From Candidatus Nanohalobium sp. (GTDB lineage: Archaea; Nanohalarchaeota; Nanosalinia; Nanosalinales; Nanosalinaceae): DNA of 57,733 nt. The translations under genes and the position numbers were made by a program. Each line of letters starts with the position of its first letter. The first letter of the stretch is position 1. Positions 1-9,468 of this stretch are shown here, in pieces. Under the pieces are notes generated by a model, which did no database searches, had not been told where the DNA came from, and saw only the letters and a list, made by a program, of their open reading frames with translations. The stretch is taken from positions 4,755-62,487 of the forward strand of contig JBDGSM010000017.1 in NCBI GenBank assembly GCA_042217545.1, written 5' to 3'.

Positions 1-1
1 T

Positions 2-1918
2 GATTGGAGATCTGGAAGCAAAAAGATTATCTTTCCTATGAGCGATGAATGCCCACAAAACGGAGGAAACAGCTGTGACCAGGCAGATAGAAACTCTGTT
101 GATTCAGCAAAAGCTATAGCCTCCAGCAACAACATAGAGGTCTACCCTGTATGGGGAGAAGGAACAAACAGCCAAGAAAGAGGACTTATGAAAGAACTCG
201 CTCAAGGAACAGGAGGTGAGGCCTCCTCCAAAGGAAGTGCCTCAAACCTTGCAGACTTTATCGTCGAGGCTGCAGGAGCAGGCGGAAAGAACTACGTTGG
301 AGGAGAGAGCACATGTACTATGCCTCCTGTAAAAACCTATGAAGGTTCTGCACAGATCGTTTTCGCTGCAGATGCTTCAGCGAGCTTCCCAGATGAATGG
401 AACTCTATATGCAGCAGGGTGCAGACAACTATAGATGAACTGGAGGCCAAAGGCCTTAAGACGAACGTCAGCATCTATGTCCCAGGTCAGCCAGGAGGCA
501 AGAATAATGGAGAGGGCGGCGCTATGAGCGGTTACGATTTCACAAGCGGAAATGTTCCTTCCTGTGTTGCCTCTGCTGAAAATAATGCGGTTTCAAGCAA
601 GTACGGTAAAGGAATTACAGAGTGGAACGGTACAGGCCTTGTTAATTATAAGCCCTCCAAGGATTTCGGGCTTGAGGCCTGGGGGGTCTTCTCTAAGTGG
701 ATCTTGGAGAATCATCAGTGGAATCAGAGCGCTGACAAGAGGATGATGTTCGTTATAGGAGATTACGATCCTACAGGTGGCGGAAGCACTAGCGACTTCA
801 GAACGATTGACGGTACAGATGTCCTTGATAATGAAACAGAAATTGTGAGAAACGTTACAAACCTGTCAGATAACAAACATGTCAATATCTATACTGTTGC
901 AGGCGACATGGAATACACAGGGACTGACATGTACGGAGATCCCAGTAAAAACGACGCAGTGGAACTTATGGAAAGAACAGCTTCGAAGACAGGCGGCGAG
1001 TTCATGAGATACAGTAATTCTGATCAGATTCCTAGCATGATAAAGAAGATGTTTGTAAGCTTCGAGAGCAGCGACAGCCAGGGCTCAAGAACATGCAGGA
1101 ACGCCACATATAATTTCGGGGAAATGCACGGCTCGAAAGCCACTAACACAGGAGGAATCCTGAGAAGTACATTCCCTGCCTCTATCAGGCAATCCGGAAA
1201 CCTTACAACCCCTGCTACCGTAAAAATCACGTTGAGACAGGGTTCAATTGAAAAACTGGCAGGCGGGATAAATAAGGCGATCAAAACAGGTAAGAGACTC
1301 AACGAGAACACGACAGTATACGTAAGTCTCAGTAACAGCAAGGCCTTAACTGTAGGAAGTCATCAAATCCAGAGGCAGGAAACGACAGATTATATACTTC
1401 AGAATCCAGGCGGGGACAAGGTGATCTCAGTCGATGATGACCTCATAATAGGTGTAAACGGTGAAAAAGTGTTCAGTGAGAGAAGCGGTGCTCCTTCAAA
1501 TATAGACTTTTCAAATCCTGCGAACCAGTTCAAGGCCTATAAAGGAGCTAGTTTACAGTTGATAGCGATCAACAGCAAGAATCCGAGCTTAAGACTGGAT
1601 AAGTTAGAACTAGCATGTGCTCCAGGAGAGCAATGCTCTGGCACTCAAACCCTTAATAACGCAACTATACAGGCCTCAAAGAACTCTAATCCTACTGAAT
1701 ATACAGAACTTGGAGGAATCGGCTCATTCTTCCACAACTTCACAACAGTCAAAATAGGGGAAACGAATACATTGACCAGAAAATCTGTTTGTTATGAAGG
1801 CTCAAATCAGTGCATAGCATTAAGGTCTAACAGCGTTCCAAGCCTGGAGATCAGGCCTGGAAGCCACAACATAAGAATAAAATACAGCCCAAGTAACGGA
1901 GTGACTATAGACAAATGA
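2..1918 (+). CDS. Adhesin-like protein with two von Willebrand factor A (vWA) domains, 5'-truncated by the window edge
   Basis: The frame is open from nt 2, with no stop before the ATG at 38. The first residues (KKIIFPMSDECPQNGG) read like the interior of a vWA fold. The second vWA has a MIDAS DxSxS motif (DASAS, nt 371-385) and downstream MMFVIGDYDPTGGG and VAGDMEY motifs. The stop overlaps the next ATG (ATGA at 1915-1918). Confidence 0.7.
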   Translation, partial: DWRSGSKKIIFPMSDECPQNGGNSCDQADRNSVDSAKAIASSNNIEVYPVWGEGTNSQERGLMKELAQGTGGEASSKGSASNLADFIVEAAGAGGKNYVGGESTCTMPPVKTYEGSAQIVFAADASASFPDEWNSICSRVQTTIDELEAKGLKTNVSIYVPGQPGGKNNGEGGAMSGYDFTSGNVPSCVASAENNAVSSKYGKGITEWNGTGLVNYKPSKDFGLEAWGVFSKWILENHQWNQSADKRMMFVIGDYDPTGGGSTSDFRTIDGTDVLDNETEIVRNVTNLSDNKHVNIYTVAGDMEYTGTDMYGDPSKNDAVELMERTASKTGGEFMRYSNSDQIPSMIKKMFVSFESSDSQGSRTCRNATYNFGEMHGSKATNTGGILRSTFPASIRQSGNLTTPATVKITLRQGSIEKLAGGINKAIKTGKRLNENTTVYVSLSNSKALTVGSHQIQRQETTDYILQNPGGDKVISVDDDLIIGVNGEKVFSERSGAPSNIDFSNPANQFKAYKGASLQLIAINSKNPSLRLDKLELACAPGEQCSGTQTLNNATIQASKNSNPTEYTELGGIGSFFHNFTTVKIGETNTLTRKSVCYEGSNQCIALRSNSVPSLEIRPGSHNIRIKYSPSNGVTIDK

Positions 1919-2841
1919 TAAAACACAAAGGAGAGGTCTCTCAGGCCGTCATAGTAATTGGAATACTTGCCCTGGTATTTATCACTGTTTCAACTGCTTA
2001 TTTAAGCTTGAACAAAGTAGAACTGCCGCAGGATCAGAATCAGGTAATCCAGGGAAATCATCTGCGGGTATCTGGTAAACTTGCTGCATTAGCGGATAGT
2101 TGCTGGCGGAAAGCAGGGAAAGGGACACGTTCAAAGGTGATGGACTGTTTTAAAGTCAAGGTCTACTCCAATGCGACCGTTACCGAGTCGAATATTTCCA
2201 GGGATCTTGAAGTACTATCCAGAAACAAGTTAGGCCTTACTGGAGGGCCTATACCAGACAGGGAAGTACGTTTAGAGGTGACGTACCTGCCTGTTGAGAA
2301 GAGAGTGAATATTTCTGTTATCAGTGTCTGCAGGCCTTCATCCGGAGATACATGTTTCTCGACTGCCTGCAGCTGTAAAACCGCCTGCGCGCCAGGTTTC
2401 GATCCGGACGGCGATGGAAGCCCTGAGACGAATGCCAAAGGATGTTTGAAGAGCTACAGCTTTACTCCTTCCTATAATCCATGCAGCTCATCTTCATCCT
2501 TAACCTGTTCGGACCCAAGTATATACAGATCCGGTACTAAGTCTGGCAACTACTTTACTTTCGATATAGGAAGTCACGTAGGCCTTTTGAACGTGACTCT
2601 GGTTAGTCGTTCAAGTAACTCTTTCTACGGGTTCCGTATGGCTGAAGCGGAAAATAGGATTTCTCCTAGAAAAGTAGTAGGTTACGGAAGCGTCGACAGG
2701 AAGCTGTTTACAGGCAAAGGAAACCTCAGTATCTCAGGCCTTCCTAATGGACAGTACGCGGCCTTTGTCTGGGGTTGTGATAAAGGCAGCATCCCTAGCA
2801 ACTGCAGGTGGTTAAGGCCTTTCGAGTTCGAGAAGAATTAA
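1915..2841 (+). CDS. Pilin-like secreted protein (short charged N-terminus, one hydrophobic helix, Cys-rich ectodomain)
   Basis: The N-terminus MIKHKG/EVSQAVIVIGILALVFITV resembles an archaeal class III (prepilin) signal. ATGA overlap with the upstream vWA gene. The C-terminal part is Cys/Ser-rich. Confidence 0.6.
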   Translation: MIKHKGEVSQAVIVIGILALVFITVSTAYLSLNKVELPQDQNQVIQGNHLRVSGKLAALADSCWRKAGKGTRSKVMDCFKVKVYSNATVTESNISRDLEVLSRNKLGLTGGPIPDREVRLEVTYLPVEKRVNISVISVCRPSSGDTCFSTACSCKTACAPGFDPDGDGSPETNAKGCLKSYSFTPSYNPCSSSSSLTCSDPSIYRSGTKSGNYFTFDIGSHVGLLNVTLVSRSSNSFYGFRMAEAENRISPRKVVGYGSVDRKLFTGKGNLSISGLPNGQYAAFVWGCDKGSIPSNCRWLRPFEFEKN

Positions 2842-2897
2842 TTAGGCGTTTTTTAATGATGAGTTAATTAAAGAAGCGTCGACAATGTTTTCTCCAT

Positions 2898-3452
2898 ATG
2901 AGTAAAGGCCTTGGAATCAAGATCATAGGAGGCATGACGCTCGCCCTTTTAGGAGTTTCTGTGCTGCTGGTCACTTTCTCCTCAAACTTTGGAGGGGGTT
3001 CTGGCGGTGTCTTCTGCAGTACGTATGAGAGCGTAAGTATAGTGTTCCCTGGCAAGAAATCTCCTCCGCCAGAGGGATGTGGGAAGAGCAGGACTATAGA
3101 TTACAAGGCTATCGAAGTAAGCAGCAGTGAAAGGCTTAGCCTCCGGCTTTCAAACGCAGTTCTATCGTGCTGGAACAAGTACAAAGGCTACAATACCTCA
3201 GGTGAGTTCTGCGAGGGCTGGAATATCAAAAAACTTCCAAATCCTGTAAACGAATCAAGTTTCACTCAGGAACTGAAACAGAACGGTTTATGCCCCAGCA
3301 GGATCGATAACAGCGTAGCAGAATATGGTTCAACGACATGCGGGTCCAAAAACCAGATATACTTTGGAGTAGAAAAAATTTCAGAGGGAGATTTCATCGT
3401 GATAGAGTACAACACGACATCTTCAGGAACTCAGAGGATAGAGGTGAAATAA
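2898..3452 (+). CDS. Pilin-like small secreted protein
   Basis: The N-terminus MSKG/LGIKIIGGMTLALLGVSVLLV has a KG followed by a hydrophobic helix. Same strand and operon context as its neighbours. Confidence 0.55.
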   Translation: MSKGLGIKIIGGMTLALLGVSVLLVTFSSNFGGGSGGVFCSTYESVSIVFPGKKSPPPEGCGKSRTIDYKAIEVSSSERLSLRLSNAVLSCWNKYKGYNTSGEFCEGWNIKKLPNPVNESSFTQELKQNGLCPSRIDNSVAEYGSTTCGSKNQIYFGVEKISEGDFIVIEYNTTSSGTQRIEVK

Positions 3453-3453
3453 A

Positions 3454-3876
3454 ATGTCGATGTCTCTTGACTACCTCGGAAAACTTGTCATAGTACTGGT
3501 AGTCGTAGCAGTGGCGATAGGGATGATAACCACGTTCAGAGAACAGGTAGAGGATACAAAACCTACACCCGGAGGAGATCAGGGTCCAGGCCTTGAAATA
3601 GTAAAGATTTCAGGAGGCCACTCCAACGCTGTATCGAAAGTAGCAAATTTGATAACTCTCTGCCATCAGAGATCGCTTAACAAAGGCTTCAAAGATCTTT
3701 CATGCTTCGTAGCCCGGAAACAATCAGGTTCGTTCAGCATAACACCGTCAGAATTAAAGGCAAAGCTGGAAACCAGTGTTGAAAACGCCACCACGTTCAG
3801 GGCCTCTACATACGACCGTAGCTCTATAATAATCAACTACGATGCACGTCCGAAAAAGGTGATAGTGAAGAAATGA
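3454..3876 (+). CDS. Small protein with N-terminal transmembrane helix (pilin-like)
   Basis: The ATG lies 2 nt after the previous stop. The N-terminus is MSMSLDYLGKLVIVLVVVAVAIGMITTF. Confidence 0.55.
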   Translation: MSMSLDYLGKLVIVLVVVAVAIGMITTFREQVEDTKPTPGGDQGPGLEIVKISGGHSNAVSKVANLITLCHQRSLNKGFKDLSCFVARKQSGSFSITPSELKAKLETSVENATTFRASTYDRSSIIINYDARPKKVIVKK

Positions 3877-4358
3877 AGGGCGACATCGCCATGGAAAAAC
3901 TAGGCGTGCTCGTCCTGGTAATGATAATGACCGCAATAGGCCTCCAGATAATCTCAAGCCTGAAGGAAAGCGCCGCAAAAACCGACCTACAGGTAAAAAA
4001 GGCCTACCCTGATGTAAACTATCCTTACTGCTCTGATTACAGCTCAGGGCAGGAAATCACTAAGCAGCAGTTCTACAAGATACTGTACTACCGATTGGAT
4101 AACACCTGTAACTTGACGGAGCAAAAAGTAACCTCGGGCTTCGTACTGAAAAAGCAGATGCTTGAAGAAAAAGCCAGAGAATTAGGCCTCGTCGACAGCA
4201 GTGGAGATCTTCTTGTTTTCTACAGAGGAACCTGTAGCAAAGCGGAAAACCTGGACCTTCAGGGCCTTTCAGTTGGAAAAACTGAAAAAGAGTTCCTGTA
4301 CAGGCCTGGAGATGAGATAAAGTTCGTAGGTACTGGAAAAGAGGTGGCTCTATGTTAG
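3873..4358 (+). CDS. Small protein with N-terminal transmembrane helix (pilin-like)
   Basis: ATGA overlap with the previous gene. MKG/DIAM..KLGVLVLVMIMTAIGLQII matches the K-G-hydrophobic class III pattern. An alternative ATG exists at 3891. Confidence 0.55.
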   Translation: MKGDIAMEKLGVLVLVMIMTAIGLQIISSLKESAAKTDLQVKKAYPDVNYPYCSDYSSGQEITKQQFYKILYYRLDNTCNLTEQKVTSGFVLKKQMLEEKARELGLVDSSGDLLVFYRGTCSKAENLDLQGLSVGKTEKEFLYRPGDEIKFVGTGKEVALC

Positions 4359-4876
4359 GAAACTCTAAAGGCCTTTCCACTTCTGTATGGATCTGGATAG
4401 TCGGAGGGCTTGTCGTTGCTTTGCTGACGTTTACCGTGACCTTTCAGAGCCTTGTGAACGTCGGTAACACAAGTGCCAGGAACAATGTTGTTGATCAGTT
4501 CGGAGATATCAGGAATACCGCAAGGCTTTACTGCATGAGAGGAGAAGGTTCTCTTACAACCAAGACAGTTTCTCTCAGCGGAGTGAGGGCGGTTTACGCA
4601 GCTGATTCGAAAGGTAACCCTGATCCCCGAGTTCCTAACTACATCTCCGAGGGCCAGACAAATACCGGCAAGTACATGTGCCTGAAGTTTGAGAACAGCG
4701 CTAACCCGTACAACTGTGTGAAGATGCGGTGCCAGGTCAATATGACCTACATCGGTAAGCCTCTGAAAGGCTCCGACATGTACATCCTTGGAAGAAAAGA
4801 CGGCAGCTTCGAATTCAAGCTCACGATCAAGAAGCTCGAAAACCAGCTAAGAATCAATGCCTCACACGTACCTTAA
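4352..4876 (+). CDS. Pilin-like small secreted protein
   Basis: MLGNSKG/LSTSVWIWIVGGLVVALLTF is the best class III signal-like match in the cluster (KG then LSTS then a hydrophobic helix). It overlaps the previous gene by 7 nt. Confidence 0.6.
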   Translation: MLGNSKGLSTSVWIWIVGGLVVALLTFTVTFQSLVNVGNTSARNNVVDQFGDIRNTARLYCMRGEGSLTTKTVSLSGVRAVYAADSKGNPDPRVPNYISEGQTNTGKYMCLKFENSANPYNCVKMRCQVNMTYIGKPLKGSDMYILGRKDGSFEFKLTIKKLENQLRINASHVP

Positions 4877-5679
4877 CTCCCAGTACTCGAGTAACGCGAA
4901 AGACCGTAACTCCAGAAACCATAGGCAAGCAAATAGAAAAACGGACCTACTACAAGCGTAAGGCCTTGAAAGACTGCAGGAGCTTCTTTTCCAAGCAGAA
5001 ATGTAGCCGGATAGAATGAGGCAAACGCTATCGGGAAAGCAGCCGTGAAAAAGGCCTTTAGAGTAGCTGAGTATATGGTGAGAGGGTACTTTCTGAAGCT
5101 TGCAAGGTCGTAGAAAATCCTGAAAATCGATTTTGTTCTACCTGTCCAGAAACCTGTAGTCGCAAATACGAGGAAGACAGATCCCACTGTCAGTACACCG
5201 CTGATCATCGCAAGTAGAAGGTAAACAACCTTGAAAGGAGTAAAAACAGCAACTTCAAGGTGAGGTAAAGTATAAGCTATTAATGCCAGGCTCGCAATGA
5301 TATCGGAAACTGCAAATGTCTGGATATAACTTCCGTATACCTGGAAAAGAACATTTAGAGGCCTTACTTTGTAACGGTCCAGCCTGCCTCGTACAATATA
5401 GTGTTCTCCAAGTGAGAAAGGCCCGAATCCGAAAAATCCGTGGATGTTCAGTATCAGCCGGCCTACACCTGTTAAAAACAGCAGTTCATATATACTCCAT
5501 CCCTGGAGGCTTTCGATCTGTGTAAAGATAAGGCCTATGAAAGCTACCGATGCTGCCAGGCTTACAAGCTGGTTCACGCTGCCCAGAAGGAAATCAGTCT
5601 TGTAGACCAGCTTGGTCTTTATGAACGTGATAAAGAACTTCCTGTAGGTCCTCCAGTGCCTCTTAACTTCTTCAAACAT
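4873..5679 (-). CDS. ABC-2 family transporter permease (COG3694-like), copy 2
   Basis: 268-aa polytopic membrane protein. It is a paralogue of 6506-7345, with the same N-terminal KxxL(V)YK(T/A)DF motif and the same C-terminal YSSTGS. Confidence 0.8.
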   Translation of the reverse strand: MFEEVKRHWRTYRKFFITFIKTKLVYKTDFLLGSVNQLVSLAASVAFIGLIFTQIESLQGWSIYELLFLTGVGRLILNIHGFFGFGPFSLGEHYIVRGRLDRYKVRPLNVLFQVYGSYIQTFAVSDIIASLALIAYTLPHLEVAVFTPFKVVYLLLAMISGVLTVGSVFLVFATTGFWTGRTKSIFRIFYDLASFRKYPLTIYSATLKAFFTAAFPIAFASFYPATFLLGKEAPAVFQGLTLVVGPFFYLLAYGFWSYGLSRYSSTGS

Positions 5680-5685
5680 CTTTTT

Positions 5686-6474
5686 TCAACCTCCCTGTAC
5701 AGTTAGTTTTGTCCTAGCTTTTTTCCACGCAAGATGCGCTACAATGAGCAGTACAAGAACCCAGGCGAACTGTAGGCCTAGAATTTTCACTGCTTCAAAA
5801 CCTGTTTTCTGCATCAGAAATATCTGTATCGGGCCGTCCACCATGTACTTGAAAGGAAGCAAATTGAAAACCAGTGAAAGATCAGGTGGAAGGAGATAGA
5901 GAGGAAACATGACTCCAGAAAACAGCTTCTGCACAGTACTCCTGACACCTCTGATGCTCCAGTCCACTTTGGTCCAGAAGATAAGCATGGATGTAGTATA
6001 AGAAAGCAGCATAACCAGGTTAAGGCCTAGAAACAGGCTCAAACCGAAGTAAAAAACGTTAAGGCCTTTCGGCAGCTTTACCTGCAGGTAAAATATACCG
6101 AGTAAAAGTACAGGTAGTGCCCTGGTGAAGACCCGGAAAATCGCTACTCCCAGTTTCTTGAAGTAGGCCTGGGAGAACAGTGAAATCGGCCTCTTCAGCT
6201 CATTGACTATAGTGCCTTTTCTTACCCTCTCGCCTATCAATCCCTCTATACTTATGAACAAAGCTCCAGATACGACCTGCCCTACCACGATGTAAGTCAT
6301 TACCTGTGTCAGGCTCGAACTTAGGGTTCCAGAGGCTGCTATGGCCTGCCAGATGTAATAGTAGAGAACAATATAAAGCACCGAGGATACAAGGCCTGTA
6401 GCTGCATCTAGCCGGTATGCGGAGGCCTCTTTGAATCCTATCTTGGTTAGCTCCCAGTACTTGGCAGTATTCAC
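5686..6474 (-). CDS. ABC-2 family transporter permease (COG4587-like), copy 2
   Basis: 262-aa polytopic membrane protein. It is a paralogue of 7349-8131; both end in LAW(K/R)KA(R/K)TKLTVQGG. Confidence 0.8.
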   Translation of the reverse strand: MNTAKYWELTKIGFKEASAYRLDAATGLVSSVLYIVLYYYIWQAIAASGTLSSSLTQVMTYIVVGQVVSGALFISIEGLIGERVRKGTIVNELKRPISLFSQAYFKKLGVAIFRVFTRALPVLLLGIFYLQVKLPKGLNVFYFGLSLFLGLNLVMLLSYTTSMLIFWTKVDWSIRGVRSTVQKLFSGVMFPLYLLPPDLSLVFNLLPFKYMVDGPIQIFLMQKTGFEAVKILGLQFAWVLVLLIVAHLAWKKARTKLTVQGG

Positions 6475-6505
6475 AGTTACAGAAGAATTTTCCGGCAGGA
6501 AGGTT

Positions 6506-7345
6506 TTAACTTCCTGTGCTCGAGTAATTCGAGAGGCCTACCTTCCAGAAACTGTAGGATAAAGCGAAAAGAATCGGTCCTGCTGCTATCGAGGCTAACT
6601 GCCAACTTCTCCAGCCTTCTCTTCCGAGGAAGTAAGTCGCCGGGAAGAACGAGGCAAAGGCTATCGGTATCACCGAGACCAAAATGATCTGGATAGTTGT
6701 GGAATAGATACTATAGGGATACCGTCTGTACTCGCTGAGCCGGAAGATCAGCCAGATAGCGCTGCGGGATTTACCTGTCCAGAAACTTGTCGTCGCAAAT
6801 GCCATGTAAGCTGCTGCGAAGACTAGTACTCCGGATGCTAGGAAAGCTACCCCAAACAAGAGGTTCGAAAGTGTCAGTAACTGGAGGCCTAACTGGTTCG
6901 CCGAATAAATTATAAGAGCCGTGTTGGCTATCAGTTTGGAAAGATTGTTATCAGAGACCTCATCCGCATAGACCTGGAAAAGCGGGCTGAGAGGCCTTAC
7001 AAGGAACCTATCCATCTTTCCCTCTACCACATAATCCTCCAGGCTGAACATGTTGAACAGGAAGATATGATGGAAGTTCATTATGAAACCTCCTATGCCT
7101 GCGAGGAAGAGCATTTCGTTGAACGTCCAGCCGTTGATAGTCTCAACCTGTGTGAATATCAAGGTTAAGAAGGCCAGCGAAGCTCCAAGGTTCACTAACT
7201 GGGCTACAAAACCTACTGCAAAGTCCGCCTTGTAAACCAGCCGAGTTTTCCAGTACTGCTTGAAGTAGTACCAGTAAATCGATAGATACTTCTTCAAAGC
7301 TCCAAACTTGGATTCTTCAACCGTAGGTGTCTTTGTCTCCGGCAT
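6506..7345 (-). CDS. ABC-2 family transporter permease (COG3694-like), copy 1
   Basis: 279-aa membrane protein, paralogous to 4873-5679. It lies 3 nt downstream of the preceding permease gene. Confidence 0.8.
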   Translation of the reverse strand: MPETKTPTVEESKFGALKKYLSIYWYYFKQYWKTRLVYKADFAVGFVAQLVNLGASLAFLTLIFTQVETINGWTFNEMLFLAGIGGFIMNFHHIFLFNMFSLEDYVVEGKMDRFLVRPLSPLFQVYADEVSDNNLSKLIANTALIIYSANQLGLQLLTLSNLLFGVAFLASGVLVFAAAYMAFATTSFWTGKSRSAIWLIFRLSEYRRYPYSIYSTTIQIILVSVIPIAFASFFPATYFLGREGWRSWQLASIAAGPILFALSYSFWKVGLSNYSSTGS

Positions 7346-7348
7346 CTT

Positions 7349-8131
7349 TTATCCCCCCTGTACCGTTAATTTTGTTTTAGCTTTTCTCCACGCAAGCTCT
7401 CCAAGTACCGCGATAACTATTATCCAGAATACCTGTAGGCCAAAAATATTCAGTATCTCTCGACCGGTAGCCTCCATAGTAAAGATCCTGATAGGTGCAT
7501 CAGCCATAGCCTGGAACGGAAGTAAATCAAATACCGAGGCAAGACCTCCAGGCAGGAGATATAGCGGGAACAGGACCCCTGAGAAGACGTCCTGGATGTT
7601 TGATCTCATAGCTCTGATCCCCCAGCCGATCTCCGTCCAGAAAACAAGCATCGAAGTCAGGAAAGAGAAAGCAAACACTAAATTGAAGCTCAGGATTAAA
7701 GCTACGATAAATCCTGCAGCATTCAGTGGTGTAGGAGTCTGCATATCCAGGAATAGAAGGCCTATCACAAGTACTGGAAGGCCTTTTGTTAAAGTGTTGA
7801 AAAGCATTTTTCCGATCAGATAACAGTAGATCTGAAGTCTAAGCGATACAGGCCTCTTTAATTCGTTGACTATGGTTCCTTCTCGTACTCTTTCTGATAG
7901 ATAGCCTTCTACTTCTGTAAACACCGAGTTCGATATTACCTGTCCCAGGAGAATGTATGTGAGGACTCCTGAAAGCGGTACTGCGAGCTGTCCGGATGCA
8001 TCTATCGCCGTCCAGATAGCATAGACCATGATCAGATAGAGAATTGATGCGACCAGCGACATGACTGCATTGAACCGGTAGGCCGTCATCTCCCGGAATC
8101 CCATCCGGACGAACTCCAGATACTTCCCCAT
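7349..8131 (-). CDS. ABC-2 family transporter permease (COG4587-like), copy 1
   Basis: 260-aa membrane protein directly downstream (2-nt gap) of the ATPase gene. Paralogous to 5686-6474. Confidence 0.8.
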   Translation of the reverse strand: MGKYLEFVRMGFREMTAYRFNAVMSLVASILYLIMVYAIWTAIDASGQLAVPLSGVLTYILLGQVISNSVFTEVEGYLSERVREGTIVNELKRPVSLRLQIYCYLIGKMLFNTLTKGLPVLVIGLLFLDMQTPTPLNAAGFIVALILSFNLVFAFSFLTSMLVFWTEIGWGIRAMRSNIQDVFSGVLFPLYLLPGGLASVFDLLPFQAMADAPIRIFTMEATGREILNIFGLQVFWIIVIAVLGELAWRKAKTKLTVQGG

Positions 8132-8133
8132 AA

Positions 8134-9117
8134 TTACTCCTCGGCTAATCCTTCGTTGTAGATTTTCTTGACTACTGCTTCGATATCCGGTTCCTTGACA
8201 TGGAAATCGCTGATCTCGTAGTTGTTCAGGACTTCCTGCATGAGATCGCTTGCTGAAATTATCTCTCTGTCGAAGACTACTTCTACACCCTGTTCTGTAT
8301 CTATAATATCTTTTATGCCTTCAGTCTCCAGTTCTATAACTTCATCTGTCTCTAAAACAAGTCTTCTGGATGAGAAGCGGTCAACTAGATCATCTAACTG
8401 GCCGTCATAAATTTTCTTGCCTTCATCGAGAACGACGATTCTATCACATAAATCCTCTATATCGTCGATGTCGTGTGTGGTCAGCATGACCGTGATATTC
8501 TTTTCCTCGTTCATTTTCCGGATGAAGTCTCTGATCCTTTCCTTTACTGCTACGTCAAGGCCTATGGTCGGCTCATCTAAGTATACAATTTTTGGGTGAT
8601 GCAGGAACGCCGCTGCAAGTTCACACCGCATTTTCTGGCCCAGGCTCAGTTTTCTGACAGGTTGATCCCAGAAATCACTCAACTGAAGGACTTCATCAAA
8701 CTCCTCGATCCTTTGATCATAGTCTTCATCACTTACCTCATAAATTTCTTTGAGAAGTTTAAACGATTCTTTGACAGGTAAGTCCCACCATAACTGGGTT
8801 TTCTGGCCGAATACAACCCCTATGTTCATGGCGTTCTTCTTCCTGTGCCTGTGAGGGTCGAGGCCATTGACCTCTATTCTTCCCGAGGAAGGTTCTAGGA
8901 TCCCTGTCAGCATCTTTACTGTAGTGGATTTTCCTGCTCCGTTCGCACCGATATAGCCGATCATCTCGCCTTCATCTATCTCAAGGTTCAGGCCTTCCAC
9001 CGCGCGGATCTCCTCGTACTCACGGCTTATGAAGGATTTGAGGTATCCTCTGAGGCCTTCTCCCTGGTTGTAGATCCTGAAGGTCTTGTTCAGGTTTTCA
9101 GCTTCTATAAGACTCAT
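8134..9117 (-). CDS. ABC transporter ATP-binding protein (COG4586-like)
   Basis: Walker A GANGAGKST, ABC signature LSLGQKMR, Walker B IVYLDEPT and H-loop TTHD. It is the first gene of a five-gene minus-strand operon. Confidence 0.9.
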   Translation of the reverse strand: MSLIEAENLNKTFRIYNQGEGLRGYLKSFISREYEEIRAVEGLNLEIDEGEMIGYIGANGAGKSTTVKMLTGILEPSSGRIEVNGLDPHRHRKKNAMNIGVVFGQKTQLWWDLPVKESFKLLKEIYEVSDEDYDQRIEEFDEVLQLSDFWDQPVRKLSLGQKMRCELAAAFLHHPKIVYLDEPTIGLDVAVKERIRDFIRKMNEEKNITVMLTTHDIDDIEDLCDRIVVLDEGKKIYDGQLDDLVDRFSSRRLVLETDEVIELETEGIKDIIDTEQGVEVVFDREIISASDLMQEVLNNYEISDFHVKEPDIEAVVKKIYNEGLAEE

Positions 9118-9180
9118 GAATAGAACTTTCTAGAGAAGTTTTAAGAAAACAGACATTGCCGGGAAGTGACTCATCATTTT

Positions 9181-9465
9181 TCAGGAGACAGGAAGCTCCA
9201 TGGCTTCATCCAGTTCCTGTTCTACAGCCTCCTCAATATCATCATAACTTCCGAAAACGTAGTCGCCATCCCCGAATTTCAGGTGGTAGAGCTCGTCTCC
9301 TTCACTGTTTACGTAGAGTTCGTCCTCAAACCATTCGTCTTCTCCGTCACGGAAGCCTGTGAGGAAATCAACGACGAACTGGTAGCCTCCAGAGATCTCT
9401 GAGTAGTCTTCAAGATCGATATCTACTGTATCCTCGAAGTAGAAGCCGACTTCGATGTCCCTCAT
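9181..9465 (-). CDS. Small hyper-acidic hypothetical protein co-transcribed with XPB
   Basis: 94 aa and very D/E-rich. The ATG lies 3 nt after the XPB stop. I recognise no family. Confidence 0.5.
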   Translation of the reverse strand: MRDIEVGFYFEDTVDIDLEDYSEISGGYQFVVDFLTGFRDGEDEWFEDELYVNSEGDELYHLKFGDGDYVFGSYDDIEEAVEQELDEAMELPVS

Positions 9466-9468
9466 GGC

